This document shows, one piece after another, positions 1 through 11,961 of a stretch of 54,843 nucleotides of DNA (positions are counted from its first letter, which is position 1; each line of letters opens with the position of its first letter). Origin of the DNA: Girardia tigrina (lineage: Eukaryota); the NCBI GenBank assembly GCA_001938485.1, contig MQRK01231607.1, positions 1 through 54,843 of the forward strand, given 5' to 3'. The position numbers and the translations under genes were made by a program. The notes under the pieces were generated by a model. The model saw only the letters and a program-made list of their open reading frames with translations, was not told the origin of the DNA and searched no databases.

Positions 1-359
1 CGGTTTTGAAGGTAGGTTTAGGCCGACCTTAATAACTTATAATAAATATAATATTTGACCTTAATAATAAAAAATAATAACTTATAATAAATATAATATT
101 TAATTTATTAGATTGTTTACAATAAATATAATATTTAACTTATAATATTCTTTCTGAATAAATAATATCCTCGTATTATTTATATATTTATTACAAAAAA
201 ATAAAACCAAAAATCAAGGTAATAACACAATATTCAAATAATTATCAAAATAAATTAAAGTCAAAATACTTATAAATATCAAATAATTATCAAAATAAAT
301 TAAAGTCAAAATCAAATAATTATATCAATGCCCAACATTTAATTCTGCTTTTAAAGGAA

Positions 360-1150
360 ATTTTCTACCTCGTACAGTTTATTTAGATGCAGGAACAAAT
401 AAAATGCACTCAGAGCTAAGTCCCCGTGAATATGTAGATAGTTGGAGGCTATGGAAACCGCCCTTCTCGATTTCGCTTTTAGAGAATGAATTGTGTGTAT
501 TGGGACATTATCATTGAGACATTAGAGATTGCGTTTCCGTGATTTTCAAATGGACTTTCTGAATGTGCTCGAAATAGTAACATAAGTTAATTTTCACATC
601 CGAGTCAGCATAATCTATTGAAACCATAACAACGAAATCCCAAAAATATTTAGCTCGAGGTATTTCGTGTAGCAAGTTGATGCTCGTAGCTTCTTTGTGC
701 TCATCTTATTTCTGATTTTCCATTTCTTAGACTTCTTTTTATTGTCTGGAAAATAGAGAGAAAGTTGGGTTTGCTCAACTGTCACATTGTTTTGAGTCTG
801 TTTTCAAATATTTTTCTTCTTAGAAACGTTATACGATACTTGAAGAAAGTTTTCTCAGACCCATATGCATTATGATCCCACGGTTGAACCGCACCAAAAC
901 ACATACCAAAAATGCTCCCCTTTTATATGTAATTTACCACCCTAACCGACTCGATCACGGAAACTTGTTCGAGTTGTGAACCCGAAATCTCCATTCTGAA
1001 TTGATCAAATTGTTGAAAATTGCGACCAATTCAGAGTCGAACTCCAAAAATCGGCACAGTCACATCGATTATAAAACCTGATTGAAAATGGGACTTCGAT
1101 CTGCAAAAAAACCACAGAATTTCGTCCAGGGAAAATTTCATTTAATCTTT
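360..1150 (-). mobile_element. Highly degenerate Helitron-type PIF1 helicase remnant
   Basis: Broken minus-strand translation gives LDEI, GGKL..G..F, SESPFE..R.TQ and FHSLQLSTYSRG in the order of PIF1 helicase motifs (WDE, FGGK..GDF, PFEFKR.QFP, FSHGQLYVA.SR). Many stops and frameshifts. Confidence 0.4.
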
Positions 1151-1304
1151 GCGGTCTCCGCGGTTTTCCCCCTCGTTAAAATAATATTCTTTTAATTCCC
1201 TGGCTGTGTTATGTTATCTCAAAACAAAATTTTTCACTATTAATTTATTAATTTTATTGTAAGTGCATAAGAAGACGATTTGTTGATATTTATGATTTTT
1301 TGAA

Positions 1305-1410
1305 TGTGACGTCACATTTCAGAATACCCCCATTCCCTATTATCACACATCGTCACAGTCAAATGAACTCCCTCCCCCCTTAGTACGTGACGTAGTTTAT
1401 GAACGAACCA
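1305..1410 (-). mobile_element. Orphan MITE/DNA-transposon terminus
   Basis: Reverse complement reads GGTTCGTTCATAAACTACGTCACG followed by a G-run (GGGGGGAGGGAG). This is the same terminus architecture as the MITE at 18586-19097. Confidence 0.4.
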
Positions 1411-2591
1411 AAATTCGACAATATTCTCCCATTTTTCTTTCATGTTTTCTTCAAATTTCGAAGGTCTTTTGTCACTATCCTCATCAAAAACACTGTCTAT
1501 CATGCTTAAATTGTGATATCCAATTATAAGTTGTAGTTTAGGGTGGCCTTCTTTATGTTATACATGTCTCAACTCCTCAATAATTGCCTTCGCTGACAAC
1601 TTCAAAACATGAAATTTTTTAATACTATAAAATTCCACGAGAGAAGACATGATTAACGAAAAATTGATTGGCCGCAAAAATTGGAGCATATGCAGATGCT
1701 ATCGTAAAAAAATATCAGTAACCCATAATACTCAAGGAACAAATCACAAAAAAAATCATTAAATTTATATATTATTAGAGCTCATTTTCGGGTATCTAAT
1801 GGGAACACTACGTAAATAATAATACCTAAAGGCAAATTCCGAACACAGAGTAATTTATATATTTTTTCTAATTGATAATTTTGTTTGAATTCTCAATCTG
1901 GAACATCCTCCATATTAATATTGAATTATTTATTTTTAATATATAATATTTCTGCGGTCATTTACAAAATAACAAGTTTTTAATTTCTTTTCTTTTTTTT
2001 ATTTTGTATTTATACACGAAATATAATTAAGTCTTATTAATGTCTATAAAAGTTTGTAATTATCAAATATAATATTATCACACATTAAAGTCGACTTGTT
2101 TTTCCTTGTAACTTGTAACAAATTATTTCAAAATGGAAAATAATAAATTCCATTTTTTGTTTGAATTACCGTCACAAAATTGTGGCATTTAATCGATAAA
2201 AGGTGTTCCACTTCTGTTTTCAGAAATTCGAGACTTTGCAAGATATCAAACAAGAATTAAAATCATTAAACAGATTTTCTATTTGTAACAGCTTAATTTA
2301 AACAAAAAAATCAGCGTTAAATGTTAGGAAATTATTAAATAATTGTAAATTTGGATCATACGAATACGTTTTTTTGAAGATTATTTGTAGTAATAGTTAT
2401 TTTTAGTTATAATTTATGATAATAAGTAATAATAATCAGGGAAACAGAAGACTTAGAAATAAATTAGAAGAAAGGATTCCTACCTGGGAAGTATTTCCCC
2501 CTGCGGCGACCTCCTGCGCTTTTAAATATAAAAATACATCGAAATACGTCCCGAATAATATTGTTTACAAATAATTTGAATAAATTACTTT

Positions 2592-2870
2592 TTATTATTC
2601 CAGACATGTTTCGATGTATTTGCACATTATTTTTAATTGTAATTGGAATTTTAAGAATAATTTTGTGCTTTTTAATTGCGTCATTTTCTAAGCGTTTTTG
2701 CATGTTATTCTGCACGTATATTTTATTTAGTGTGACCTTGATTTTTTGTTCAATTTGATTTTTTGTATACATATTATTGTTTAGGCACTCCTTAAGAATT
2801 TTTGAACCATGATTTGCTGTTTTTAAGTCGGATGAGAGATTATATACTCTATGATTTATATACAATTAAA
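2592..2870 (-). mobile_element. Internally deleted Penelope-like element (RT thumb region joined to a decayed pLTR hammerhead)
   Basis: ORF 2464..2865 contains HRVYNLSSD...ECLNNNMYTKNQIE...TLNK...LKIP, typical of PLE thumb/linker sequence. It is followed by ATGTG-CAAA-TACATC-GAAACATGTC, a hammerhead 3' half whose CUGANGA is mutated. Confidence 0.6.
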
Positions 2871-2900
2871 TATCTCTTCAAAATGAAATTAATTTAAATT

Positions 2901-2995
2901 ACTGTATTTTATTAAATAAGCGCACCGGTGCGTTTATTAATTGTAGCGACCCATTCAGAGTGTCTTTATTGAAAACGGTGTGTTTATTTAGTTCA
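2901..2995 (+). mobile_element. pogo/Tigger-like transposon terminus
   Basis: TA+CTGTATTTTATTAAATAAGCGC followed by repeated GCGTTTATT/GTGTTTATT subterminal motifs. No partner end found. Confidence 0.3.
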
Positions 2996-3239
2996 CCTAA
3001 ATTTATTATAAAATTTATGTATGGAGAATGGAGATGAAGCCGTTAAATTTTAGCACATGTTACATAATAAAAGTTTAGTTCCCTGTATTTAGAGTTTATC
3101 TTTTCTTTTCAATTCTATAGTTTCAATTCTATGGAATCAATTTAATATTTTAAATTTATAATGAAAAAATCAATTACAAGTAAACCATAAAATCAAAGTA
3201 TTAGAAAAATAAATTATAAGATAATAAGTAACCGTTTGA

Positions 3240-4120
3240 TTAGGAAAAAAAGGAAAAATTCAAGACTTTCAAAACTTTATATGAATCGATAAAGGAATTT
3301 TACTCTAAGAATTAATTCAGATTTGTTTTTGTCACTGAACTCATTTATACGACTTTCGAACCGAACATTGAATCAATCGTTTATTTTCTCCGAGCGACTA
3401 GATGCTGAAATACCAACTATTCAAAGAAACAAATTTCTATTATTTACATTTTACAATATTAATTCCAGGAGTCTTTATTCAAGCATCCATCTATTTCGTC
3501 AGAATCTGAAAATACAACAGTAATATCGAAGCCATATAAAACCCACTCTATCTACAGTGTAGATACGTCAAATTCAAACATACTAAGTAGCTTATGTTAT
3601 TGTTGCTCCCTCACACTCGATTTGTTTGTGCGATAAATCTCTCTATTTCCATTCTACTCGTTTAAACTTTTCATAATTAATATAGTTTATCTGTTAACAA
3701 ACAGTCATTTATTTTGTTTTATGTTCGTTATAAAATGAAAGTAATTTCAGTTCGTAATCTAATTCGTATTCGAAGAATACACTGCAACGTCTTCTTTAGT
3801 GGAAAATTCAAATTATTATGTTTTAAACTTTAATAAATAAGTGAAATATATGTTTTAAATATTTTAAAATATTGATTTCATTATTCATAAAAGCTTTAAA
3901 AGTTATCTATTGCAATTTACTAAAAGTGTTTGACCTTTGAGAGTGTAACCACAAGACCTTCAACCTTCAACCAAGGGATTTTTAAAATAATAAATAAATT
4001 CTTTTATCATACATTATTTGCATTTGTGTGATTTATTTATTTGATCATTTTAGTACATTTACAGTTTCTAATTTAAATTGTATTTGACGAGTCGATCAAC
4101 TGCACGAACTAATTGCATTT
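3240..4120 (+). mobile_element. Very degenerate Penelope-like RT/EN remnant
   Basis: Fragments LHFT and TTVISKP (cf. PLE TTVYRKP). A decayed hammerhead-like TTGACGA-GT..AC-GAAC lies at about 4084-4112. Confidence 0.25.
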
Positions 4121-4975
4121 GAGAGTATTTAAATTTTGTTTTAATTGATCGAGATCTTATAAACAAACTTCAAAGCCAGCTGTGTTACAATAATATTAAA
4201 TAGGGAGAAAGAAAATAATAATTATTTGTGTTGAATATTTCTTAAATAAATTTCTATATCAAAATTACTTTAATTAAAAAGTATAATTTATATTTTATTT
4301 AGCAAGGAAATCAAAAAAAAATATTTAAATATCGAAAAATTAATTTCAAAATAAAATAATTATTTCCAAAATGATTATTAAATCATATTTGATTGATTAA
4401 TTTGATAATTTTTATGACAAATTTGCAAAATAGTTCTTTCTTGATCTTCACCAAAAAAAAACGAAACTTAAAATTTCTTTTCATCAAAAATAAAATAATA
4501 AAACATAAATATAAAATAAATAATATTTTTCATTGACTGATGAAATAATTATTTAAAATAGTAAAATATTTTAATTTATTCCATTGAAAAATAAATAAAC
4601 ATTTGTGGTCTTTGAATAAAGTGAATTAATTTTACCAACATTTAGAAAAAGAATAAACAATTAGTAAGATACAAAAATACAAATTATACGACATTCGCCT
4701 TTTAATGGATTTTGGTGGACGAATATTTGCATAAATGTTTTGCCTAATAACTTTACTAAATTAAAACATTAAAGGCAAATAATTTTATGTTCATTTTCAG
4801 AGTAAATAAACGTTTTATTTATGAAATATGCTCTTTAAATAAAATAATAATATAATAAATATTAATAAATATACGAATATTATTTTTCTATTTATCTTTT
4901 TTTATATAATTTAATGTTTTGAAATTAGAATAATTTTATTTTGGTCTGTAAATTAGAAAACGTCATTTTATTAGA

Positions 4976-5013
4976 ACAATATATTTCGACTGAATTTCCG
5001 TCGTCATCAGGCA
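4976..5013 (-). ncRNA. Minimal type I hammerhead ribozyme (Penelope pLTR type)
   Basis: Minus strand: GC-CTGATGA-C-GACGGA AAT TCAGTC-GAAA-TATATT-GT. Core intact, stem II has one mismatch, stem III is the palindrome AATATATT, and AATAAA lies downstream. Confidence 0.75.
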
Positions 5014-6599
5014 GATCAGATCATCGCTTTTATGATCAATAACAATTATGTAATCGTTGAGCAATAATTTTTAAAATAGCAACATAATACTTTTTAGGTT
5101 TTATATCAAGAGATTTTAAAAAATAATAATAAATTTTATTTTAATACATTAAGGTTGATGTTTTGGTTGTCTTTCAAATCATGTCGTCTGGCAAGAGAGA
5201 TCAAAGTTGGGTGGCTAGTGGGGTTAATCACCTATTTGCTCTGAATTTTGATAAACAATCGGGCGCTACTGTCTGATTTCAGTTTTTTTCTCAAAGAGTC
5301 ATTTTTTAACAATAAATGAAAACTTTTACTTTCAATTAGTGTTGTTTTTCGGAGGGTTTTCTCAAGGCGCCTCACCCATCACAATTGTTAGATATTACTT
5401 TGGTGACCGATTCACTGGTTTCCATCTCTAAAATTAATGTTAACAGGAAAAAGAGACTGCTCTCAATTTCGATTGTCTATATATTAGTTTTTCAAATTCT
5501 TATTAATAATAGATTTTAGAATGGACGATTTGAATTTCTTGAAAGCATTAGAATAAGAAACAGTTAATATGTAGCAACAATTACATCTTTCATTGTTTCT
5601 TCTTTAGGTTTTAGATCATACTTCTCCTCAGTTATTTTTTCACCTTTTTAAAATAAGTTATAAATTGCTTTTCTTGTTAATTTTTCAAAAAAAGATTTTG
5701 AAAAAAAAGCACAAAAACCAATAGAAGGGATGGTCCACTATTTTGAACACAAATTTAGTCTTTAAATGTAAGAATTAACATGAAACATGTTTACTGAAAT
5801 AAATTATTATTAAGTCTAATAATTTGAAAAATAAAGATCAAATAAAAATGAAAATTTCTCTTTCTGTTTATTTAATACTTTTTAAAACTTTTGCAATCCC
5901 CATGGGTATTTATAATATATAAATATAAATATAATAAAAGTATTCATTGTATAAATAAAATATTAAAAAATATTTTCAAAAAAAAACTTTAGTATTGTTC
6001 TACTATTTTAAAAAAAACAATTTAAAATATTTTTAATTAATCAGAGATTATTAAAAAAATAAAAATTATAAAAATGCCGATTAAAAAACATTTTTTTGTG
6101 ATTTAAAAAATTAATTTTATTGAAAAAAAAATAATTATTAATTTCTTTTGTCGGTTTTTTGATAAAGAATATCAAGAAGGATTTTTAATTTATTTATTAA
6201 AATGTTTTTCAAGAGACCATTATGGTGGGGCCTAATACGGATGGGATTATTTATTCATGATTCCATTCTTTAAGGATTATATTTTTATTTTATGGATTAA
6301 AGAGTCTTTTTCCGTCTCTGTCTTCGGAATTGTGATGAATTGTCATAATTAAAACATTATAAAATAATTTTTTAAATTTAGATATCTGTTGCTTTCGAAA
6401 ATTTAAAATATTATTTTAAAAATAATGTTTGCTATACATAATAATCAGAGTCATCATGTTATATAATTTTTTTAAATTATTATTTAAAATTTTTTTTTTA
6501 ATTTTCAATTTTTTTCAACAGTTTCACTTGAACAGAAATTTTAAGAGACGGCAGGATATACAAACCCAAGAAGTTTTTATAAACTTAAGTGTATTCAAA

Positions 6600-6900
6600 A
6601 TTTGATAATGGACAGATGAGGCCTCTTTTTACCTAAATGGCAGTGTGTTCAGCAAAAATTGTGTCCTATGGTTTGATACCAATCCCCAAAAGAGAGTAAA
6701 AACATCATCACATTCTCAAAAGGTGATACTGCGACTAGGTTTCAATTCAAAATTATCGCTTCCACCATATTTTTTCCATTATCCTGTTAATTACGATCAA
6801 TACCTTCACATTTTAAAAGATAATATTATTCCTAATCTGAAAAAGAAAAGATAAGTCTCACAATATTTCTGCATGACGGCGCTATGGACCAAGGGAAAAA
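6600..6900 (+). mobile_element. Tc1/mariner superfamily transposase fragment (rosa/maT-like)
   Basis: WTDEASFYLNGSVFSKNCVLW ... YLHILKDNIIP ... FLHDGA, covering the first two catalytic Asp motifs. Truncated. Confidence 0.7.
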
Positions 6901-7547
6901 TAATGTCAAGGAATTTCTATCCTCGGGATTCTCTGAAAGAATATTCTGTTGACATTTTAATAATTGTAATTTAAGGAAATGGAGGAGTTTCTGAACATTA
7001 TTTGTTCAATACTGTAAAAGAGGTAACTGAAACGGATATTTCAATGATATCTTTTAACAAATGATATAAACAAATAAAAAATAAATTTTAAGTTAACTAA
7101 ACTATATAACAGTATAATGAATGGAAAATTACAAACGTGTTCTGTCACAGCCATTAATGACGTTATAATTGTTCTGAGTGACTGTTAAGAGAACTCACAC
7201 ATTTGACAGAACATTTATTACATTCACATTTCTTATCATCTTTATGATGATCAACAGTAATGCTTTAACTAGAATCAATCAATCAATTTTCAATATCTCC
7301 CATTATAATCTGAACTATACTTGATAAGATTATTTTATTTAAAAATATTTAATTTAAATTTGATTGGCTAAAATAAAATATTTTATAGTCATTTTTAAAC
7401 ATTAATTTGATTTTAATTATTTAAAAATTTACAAAAATAAAATCATTAAAATTATTTAAAAGTTGCAATAATAAAAACTAAAAATTTGAATATTAAATCT
7501 AAATTTAAATAAATTAGTTTCGGATTATAAAAATTAAATATTGATAA

Positions 7548-7642
7548 TCCATCTGGTTAGGAGAGACACAATTCCAAATCAACATACAACATTTGAACAT
7601 GCAAAAACTACACAAAAACATACACACACCAAATATTCCTCT
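7548..7642 (-). ncRNA. G/U-rich long hairpin, family copy A (unknown structured RNA or repeat)
   Basis: Homologous to 30726-30805 and 30872-30951: GAGGAATRTTT...TGTTG..ATTGTG.CTCTC..C-ANATG. It folds well only on the minus strand because of G-U pairs. Confidence 0.45.
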
Positions 7643-8563
7643 GATTGACAACGACGGGATTGGCAGAACACGGGTTGTCAGCAGCCGAATAATTTGTATT
7701 GCAATTAGAATTGTTGATCGAGCTCAAAAGAGATATTTCGAATAAGAAACGATTGTTTGGTTTTGTGGAATTGTTATTATCGTTGTTGTTATTGTTATTG
7801 ACAACTGCCGATGATGATGAGTGAGGATGGGAATCGATGAATCGAAATCGAGATAGAGAATGTTGTTGTGAAATTGTTCTTGAATTATAATTGTTGAATG
7901 GTTTTCTGTTGATTAATTTGCAATTGTACCTTTATTCTGTTCTTCACTACACGCGAATAAATTTTCGGTTTACGACAAAAGATCAAAATAAATCGGAGAA
8001 TCGTTGCCATAAACGCTTATGGTTCAAAATCCGCATTCTCGAATGAGTTTTCATTTTTCAATTTTATTTATGTAAATTTTAATAACATTATGTACATATA
8101 CAGCGTGTTAATAAAATGTTTATAACTTTATTAAAAATTTTTTCACAAATATCTGAATACACAATTGCTGGTTTTAAAATAACGTAGAAATTAATTCTTT
8201 TTTTAACAAATAATTCTAAATATTTTAAATGTTAATATTTTTGTTTGAAACCTTTTGATTGATTTTCTGAATTTATTTCAATTAAAATTAATTTATTAAA
8301 TCTTTTATTTCGCTCAGAGAAATGTATAAAAGTCTTAAAAGTTTAATTATTTATCATCAAAATAAAAAAATAAGAATTTCAAGCAATTAAAAATAAAAAT
8401 AATTAAGTCTCGGATATAATTATAATAAATATAATTTTTAAAAGGATTTTTTTATCTATTTAATTTTGTCTGTGTTAAAAATTTAATTAAATGTTTTTTT
8501 CACAAAATAATTTTTAAAACACCAAAATTAATTTTACGAAGCATGTATCTGATAGTTTATACT

Positions 8564-8700
8564 TATTGGGTTCTTGATCAAAAGACTTCGTCATTAACAC
8601 AAAACTTTATTTCTACCACAATTTGAGTTTTTTTATACAAATATTTTCGAGGAACTTTTGCACTTTCTTTTTACACAAACCATTATAAATAAGAATTGAT
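8564..8700 (-). repeat. LTR 3'-end-like dispersed repeat, copy 1 (diverged)
   Basis: Similar to 47409-47575 and 54453-54630: TTGGGTTCTTGA...CATTAACAC...TTTATTTCTA...TCGAGGAACTTTT. Confidence 0.6.
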
Positions 8701-9529
8701 ATAAATATAAATATGGTTATTGTATTTTTTTCCGAATTAAAATTATAATTTTTTTGTAATAAAAAATTATGAAGTGAACTTATTAAAATTTTGTCACAAA
8801 GATTTTGTTGCGTATTTTATTAAATTTCAATTTTATTGAACATTTAAATTTACCTGTTTCTCAATTAAATTTCCTAATTCTATGCAATAGCATTTTTCAT
8901 TTCGTTTTCATAATAGTTTTAAAAATTACTTTGCATTTAATAAAATAATGTTTTGAAAATAGAATTTAAAATCGCAATTTCGTTTAATTTAACAACTTTT
9001 AAATTACCCCTTTTTTACATAAAAAATAAAATTATATTTTCATTATGAGGTGTTAGTTTTAAGTTTCGCCAAAATAGTTAATTATTTTTTTAGTTTTGAA
9101 AATTTAAAGGAAATAAATTAGAAAATTAAAATGCAGAGTAAAAATATGATAAAATGAGTACGTGTTTAAAATATGTTTACATTGATAGCAAGTAATATAT
9201 TTTATAAGTGGAATAAGTTTAAATAAAATTTAAAATAAATAATTAACGAATTAATATTTTTAGAAATAATTTTTTTAATAAAAGGGCTTATTATAAATTT
9301 AAATTAATTAGTTTTTATGATAAAGTTTCGTAAGAATGTAAAAGTATTTTACATTTTAAATTTTGTAAATTTTTTGCAAAAAATGTAAAATTATTTTTAA
9401 GGTTTAATTTTCGTGAATTTTCAAAATTTAATTTAAAAGAATTGTAAATTAATTTTGGGCAAAATTATTGAATTAATTTGTTTAAGTATGTGAATTGTTG
9501 ATATTAATAAATTTTTGTGGTGTTAAATT

Positions 9530-10051
9530 ATGACTTCAGAATGTGATAATAATGAAAGTGGCATAAACGCTACTTACATGGCGAACAACGCTGCTTTGGA
9601 CAACTTCACGAACCAATTACTACCTGAAAAGTTCACGAAAGGTGACAATGTGGAGACGTTCATAGAAGAATGTGAAACATTCTTTCAATTCGCGGGAGTG
9701 GCAAAAGTGAAACAGGACGTTATTGTCTTATGTCTTTTGGACAGAGACATAAAGGAAAAATATAAGACCGTTGACAAGTCGATAATTGGTTATAAAAATC
9801 GACTTCGAAAAGCATTTGGTAGGACATCTTCGCTATTTGAGGATTGGTCTGAAGCTTGCCGGTATAGGATGAATAAGGATATACCTGAAGTTTTTTTCGA
9901 AAAAATAGAAAAGATGGCAGAAAGAATTATACAACATAATATGTCAAAAGAAAGCATAATGGAAACATTATTAATGAACTGTTGTGATGATATGGATATC
10001 AAGAAAGAAGTTCGGATGAATAACGTAAAAGGAGTGGAACGCCTACCGTAA
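9530..10051 (+). mobile_element. gag: Truncated Ty3/Gypsy-type gag ORF (173 aa)
   Basis: LLPEKFTKGDNVETFIEECETFFQF...capsid-like helical pattern. Ends abruptly, with no zinc knuckle or pol downstream. Confidence 0.7.
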
Positions 10052-10479
10052 AATTTATTTTATTTCTTCCATAAATTAATTTTACATTAAATTTCTGAAA
10101 ATCTTATTTTAACATATCTATAACAATATTGTACGGAATGTAATTGTTTAATTATTAATTTGATAAGATTGTAAATTCAAAAATTTTATGAACTCAACAA
10201 CGCTCCCAATAATACTTAAATTTTATTTTAATCCATTTTAATTTTTTTAAAATTAATTTATTTTTTAAGACATTTTCAATTATTTTTTCATTACTAATAT
10301 ATTTTAAAATAATTAAATTTATTTGTATTAAAAAATTATTTTTTTTATTTTTTACAGTTTTTTATGTAAAAAAAAATTTAAAGTACATTAAACGGGTTTT
10401 AAATAATTGTTAATTTTATTAAAATTTTCAACTGTATAATTTTAATATTCTTTGACATAAAAATGTAATTGTTAACCGC

Positions 10480-10535
10480 TGCAATTTGCTTCAGTATAGC
10501 TCATTTGACTGAGATTGACGTAGAGCGTTCTTCCT
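10480..10535 (+). mobile_element. hAT-like transposase C-terminal scrap
   Basis: LTEIDVERSS resembles the (F)APITSVDVERSFS dimerisation motif. Confidence 0.4.
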
Positions 10536-11269
10536 TGAAATTGCTTTTTAAAATTTAAAAAAAAAGATTATTATGTAAATTAAATGAAATAAATAATACT
10601 TTTATCAAAATTGGAAAATACAATGATAAAAATTATTAGTTATTTTTTTTATAAAAGAAATATTTTTCTAGATGGTAACATGTCTTAGTTACTTATGCAT
10701 ATGTATTTTCATTGTATATTTATTTATTTTATAAATTATTATTGTAAAAAATAGAACAATCAATATCATTTTTACACATTTTTTTATTCTTTTCATTATA
10801 TAATTATCTTTTTGAAGATTTCTTTTTTTTTAATAATTTTTTATTTGTCCTAAAATATTTGAATATTTTTTCAATAAAAATATTTATTGCGATCTTTATT
10901 TTGAATTGTTAAATTTCCAACTTTTAAAATTTAATTAACTTAAACTTCAATTCTTTCTCATTTATTGCCAATATATTCAAACTTCATTTCAATACGAATT
11001 TCTATTTTTTTAAACAAATTTTTGAGGAACATAATTTCCTATTCACAAAACTTTATAAATCGATATATTGTAAAATAAATATGTATACGTTAACATTTTA
11101 ATTTAAATTTTACAATCTCTTAAATTTTCAAATTTAAAACTTTTCAATTTTAGAGTTTTACCATTTGTAAAATTTTAAATATTTACAATTTTACAATTTT
11201 AAATTATGACGTTAAAAATGTTTGTGAATACAAATTCCTAACCGTAAGTAATTACAATTTAATCCTGGA

Positions 11270-11410
11270 TCTGCTGAAGGTTGCTCTACTAAATAAGACA
11301 TAGAAGGAAGACCAACGACTCCATGTGTCTCCTCACAATAATGCAAGGTCCCACCCGGCGAAAAAAACACATCGGCAAAGGATACTAAGGATTTCCAAGA
11401 CAGGAACGAA
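11270..11410 (+). mobile_element. mariner transposase fragment
   Basis: HNNARSHPAKKT, cf. LHDNARPHTAK. Confidence 0.5.
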
Positions 11411-11961
11411 TTTGCATGTTTTTTAATGTTCTGCTTTTGACTTATCGGTTGTGAAAATGTAAGAATGTTTCAGTGTAAATTTGGTTTTTGGTGGGCAATA
11501 TAGATAATTTTTTATTTTGTTACTTAATTAAATCATTTAAATATTATATCTAAAATCAAAAAAAATGTTTTTTTTATTGATTTTAAAACTTTATTAAAAC
11601 TTTTTATGAAGTTTTTATGCCGTTATTATGATAAAAAGTTTGTTATTAAATATCGAAAAAAAGAAAATAAAAATGACTTTCTCCGAAAAACGATCAAGTT
11701 TCCCAGTCTTTAGTCGACTCTTAAGTAAACTTTTTAAAAATAAATGACTATATTTTTTATTTGATAGGCCTTCTAAAATAAGCATTGCGCGCCGCATAAT
11801 TAATCATTCAAGCTCTCATTTCATTATTTAATAATGTTTTACAATTTTATGCACCATGAGCAATTATTAAAAGAATAATATTTATTAATATTTTTAACTG
11901 TTTTGATAGTAGGGAGTCCCAGACTCCATTGAGAGTTACCAAACCATAAGTTCTTTTAGCT

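Noticed and set aside
2478-2525. U1 snRNA-like words (TACCTGG, CCCCTGCG)
   Set aside because: Too short and not collinear with U1, and there is no Sm site or stem-loop set.
11941-11947. Canonical U17 m2 motif AAACCAT
   Set aside because: It is on the opposite strand to m1 and outside the predicted RNA, so I treat it as coincidence.
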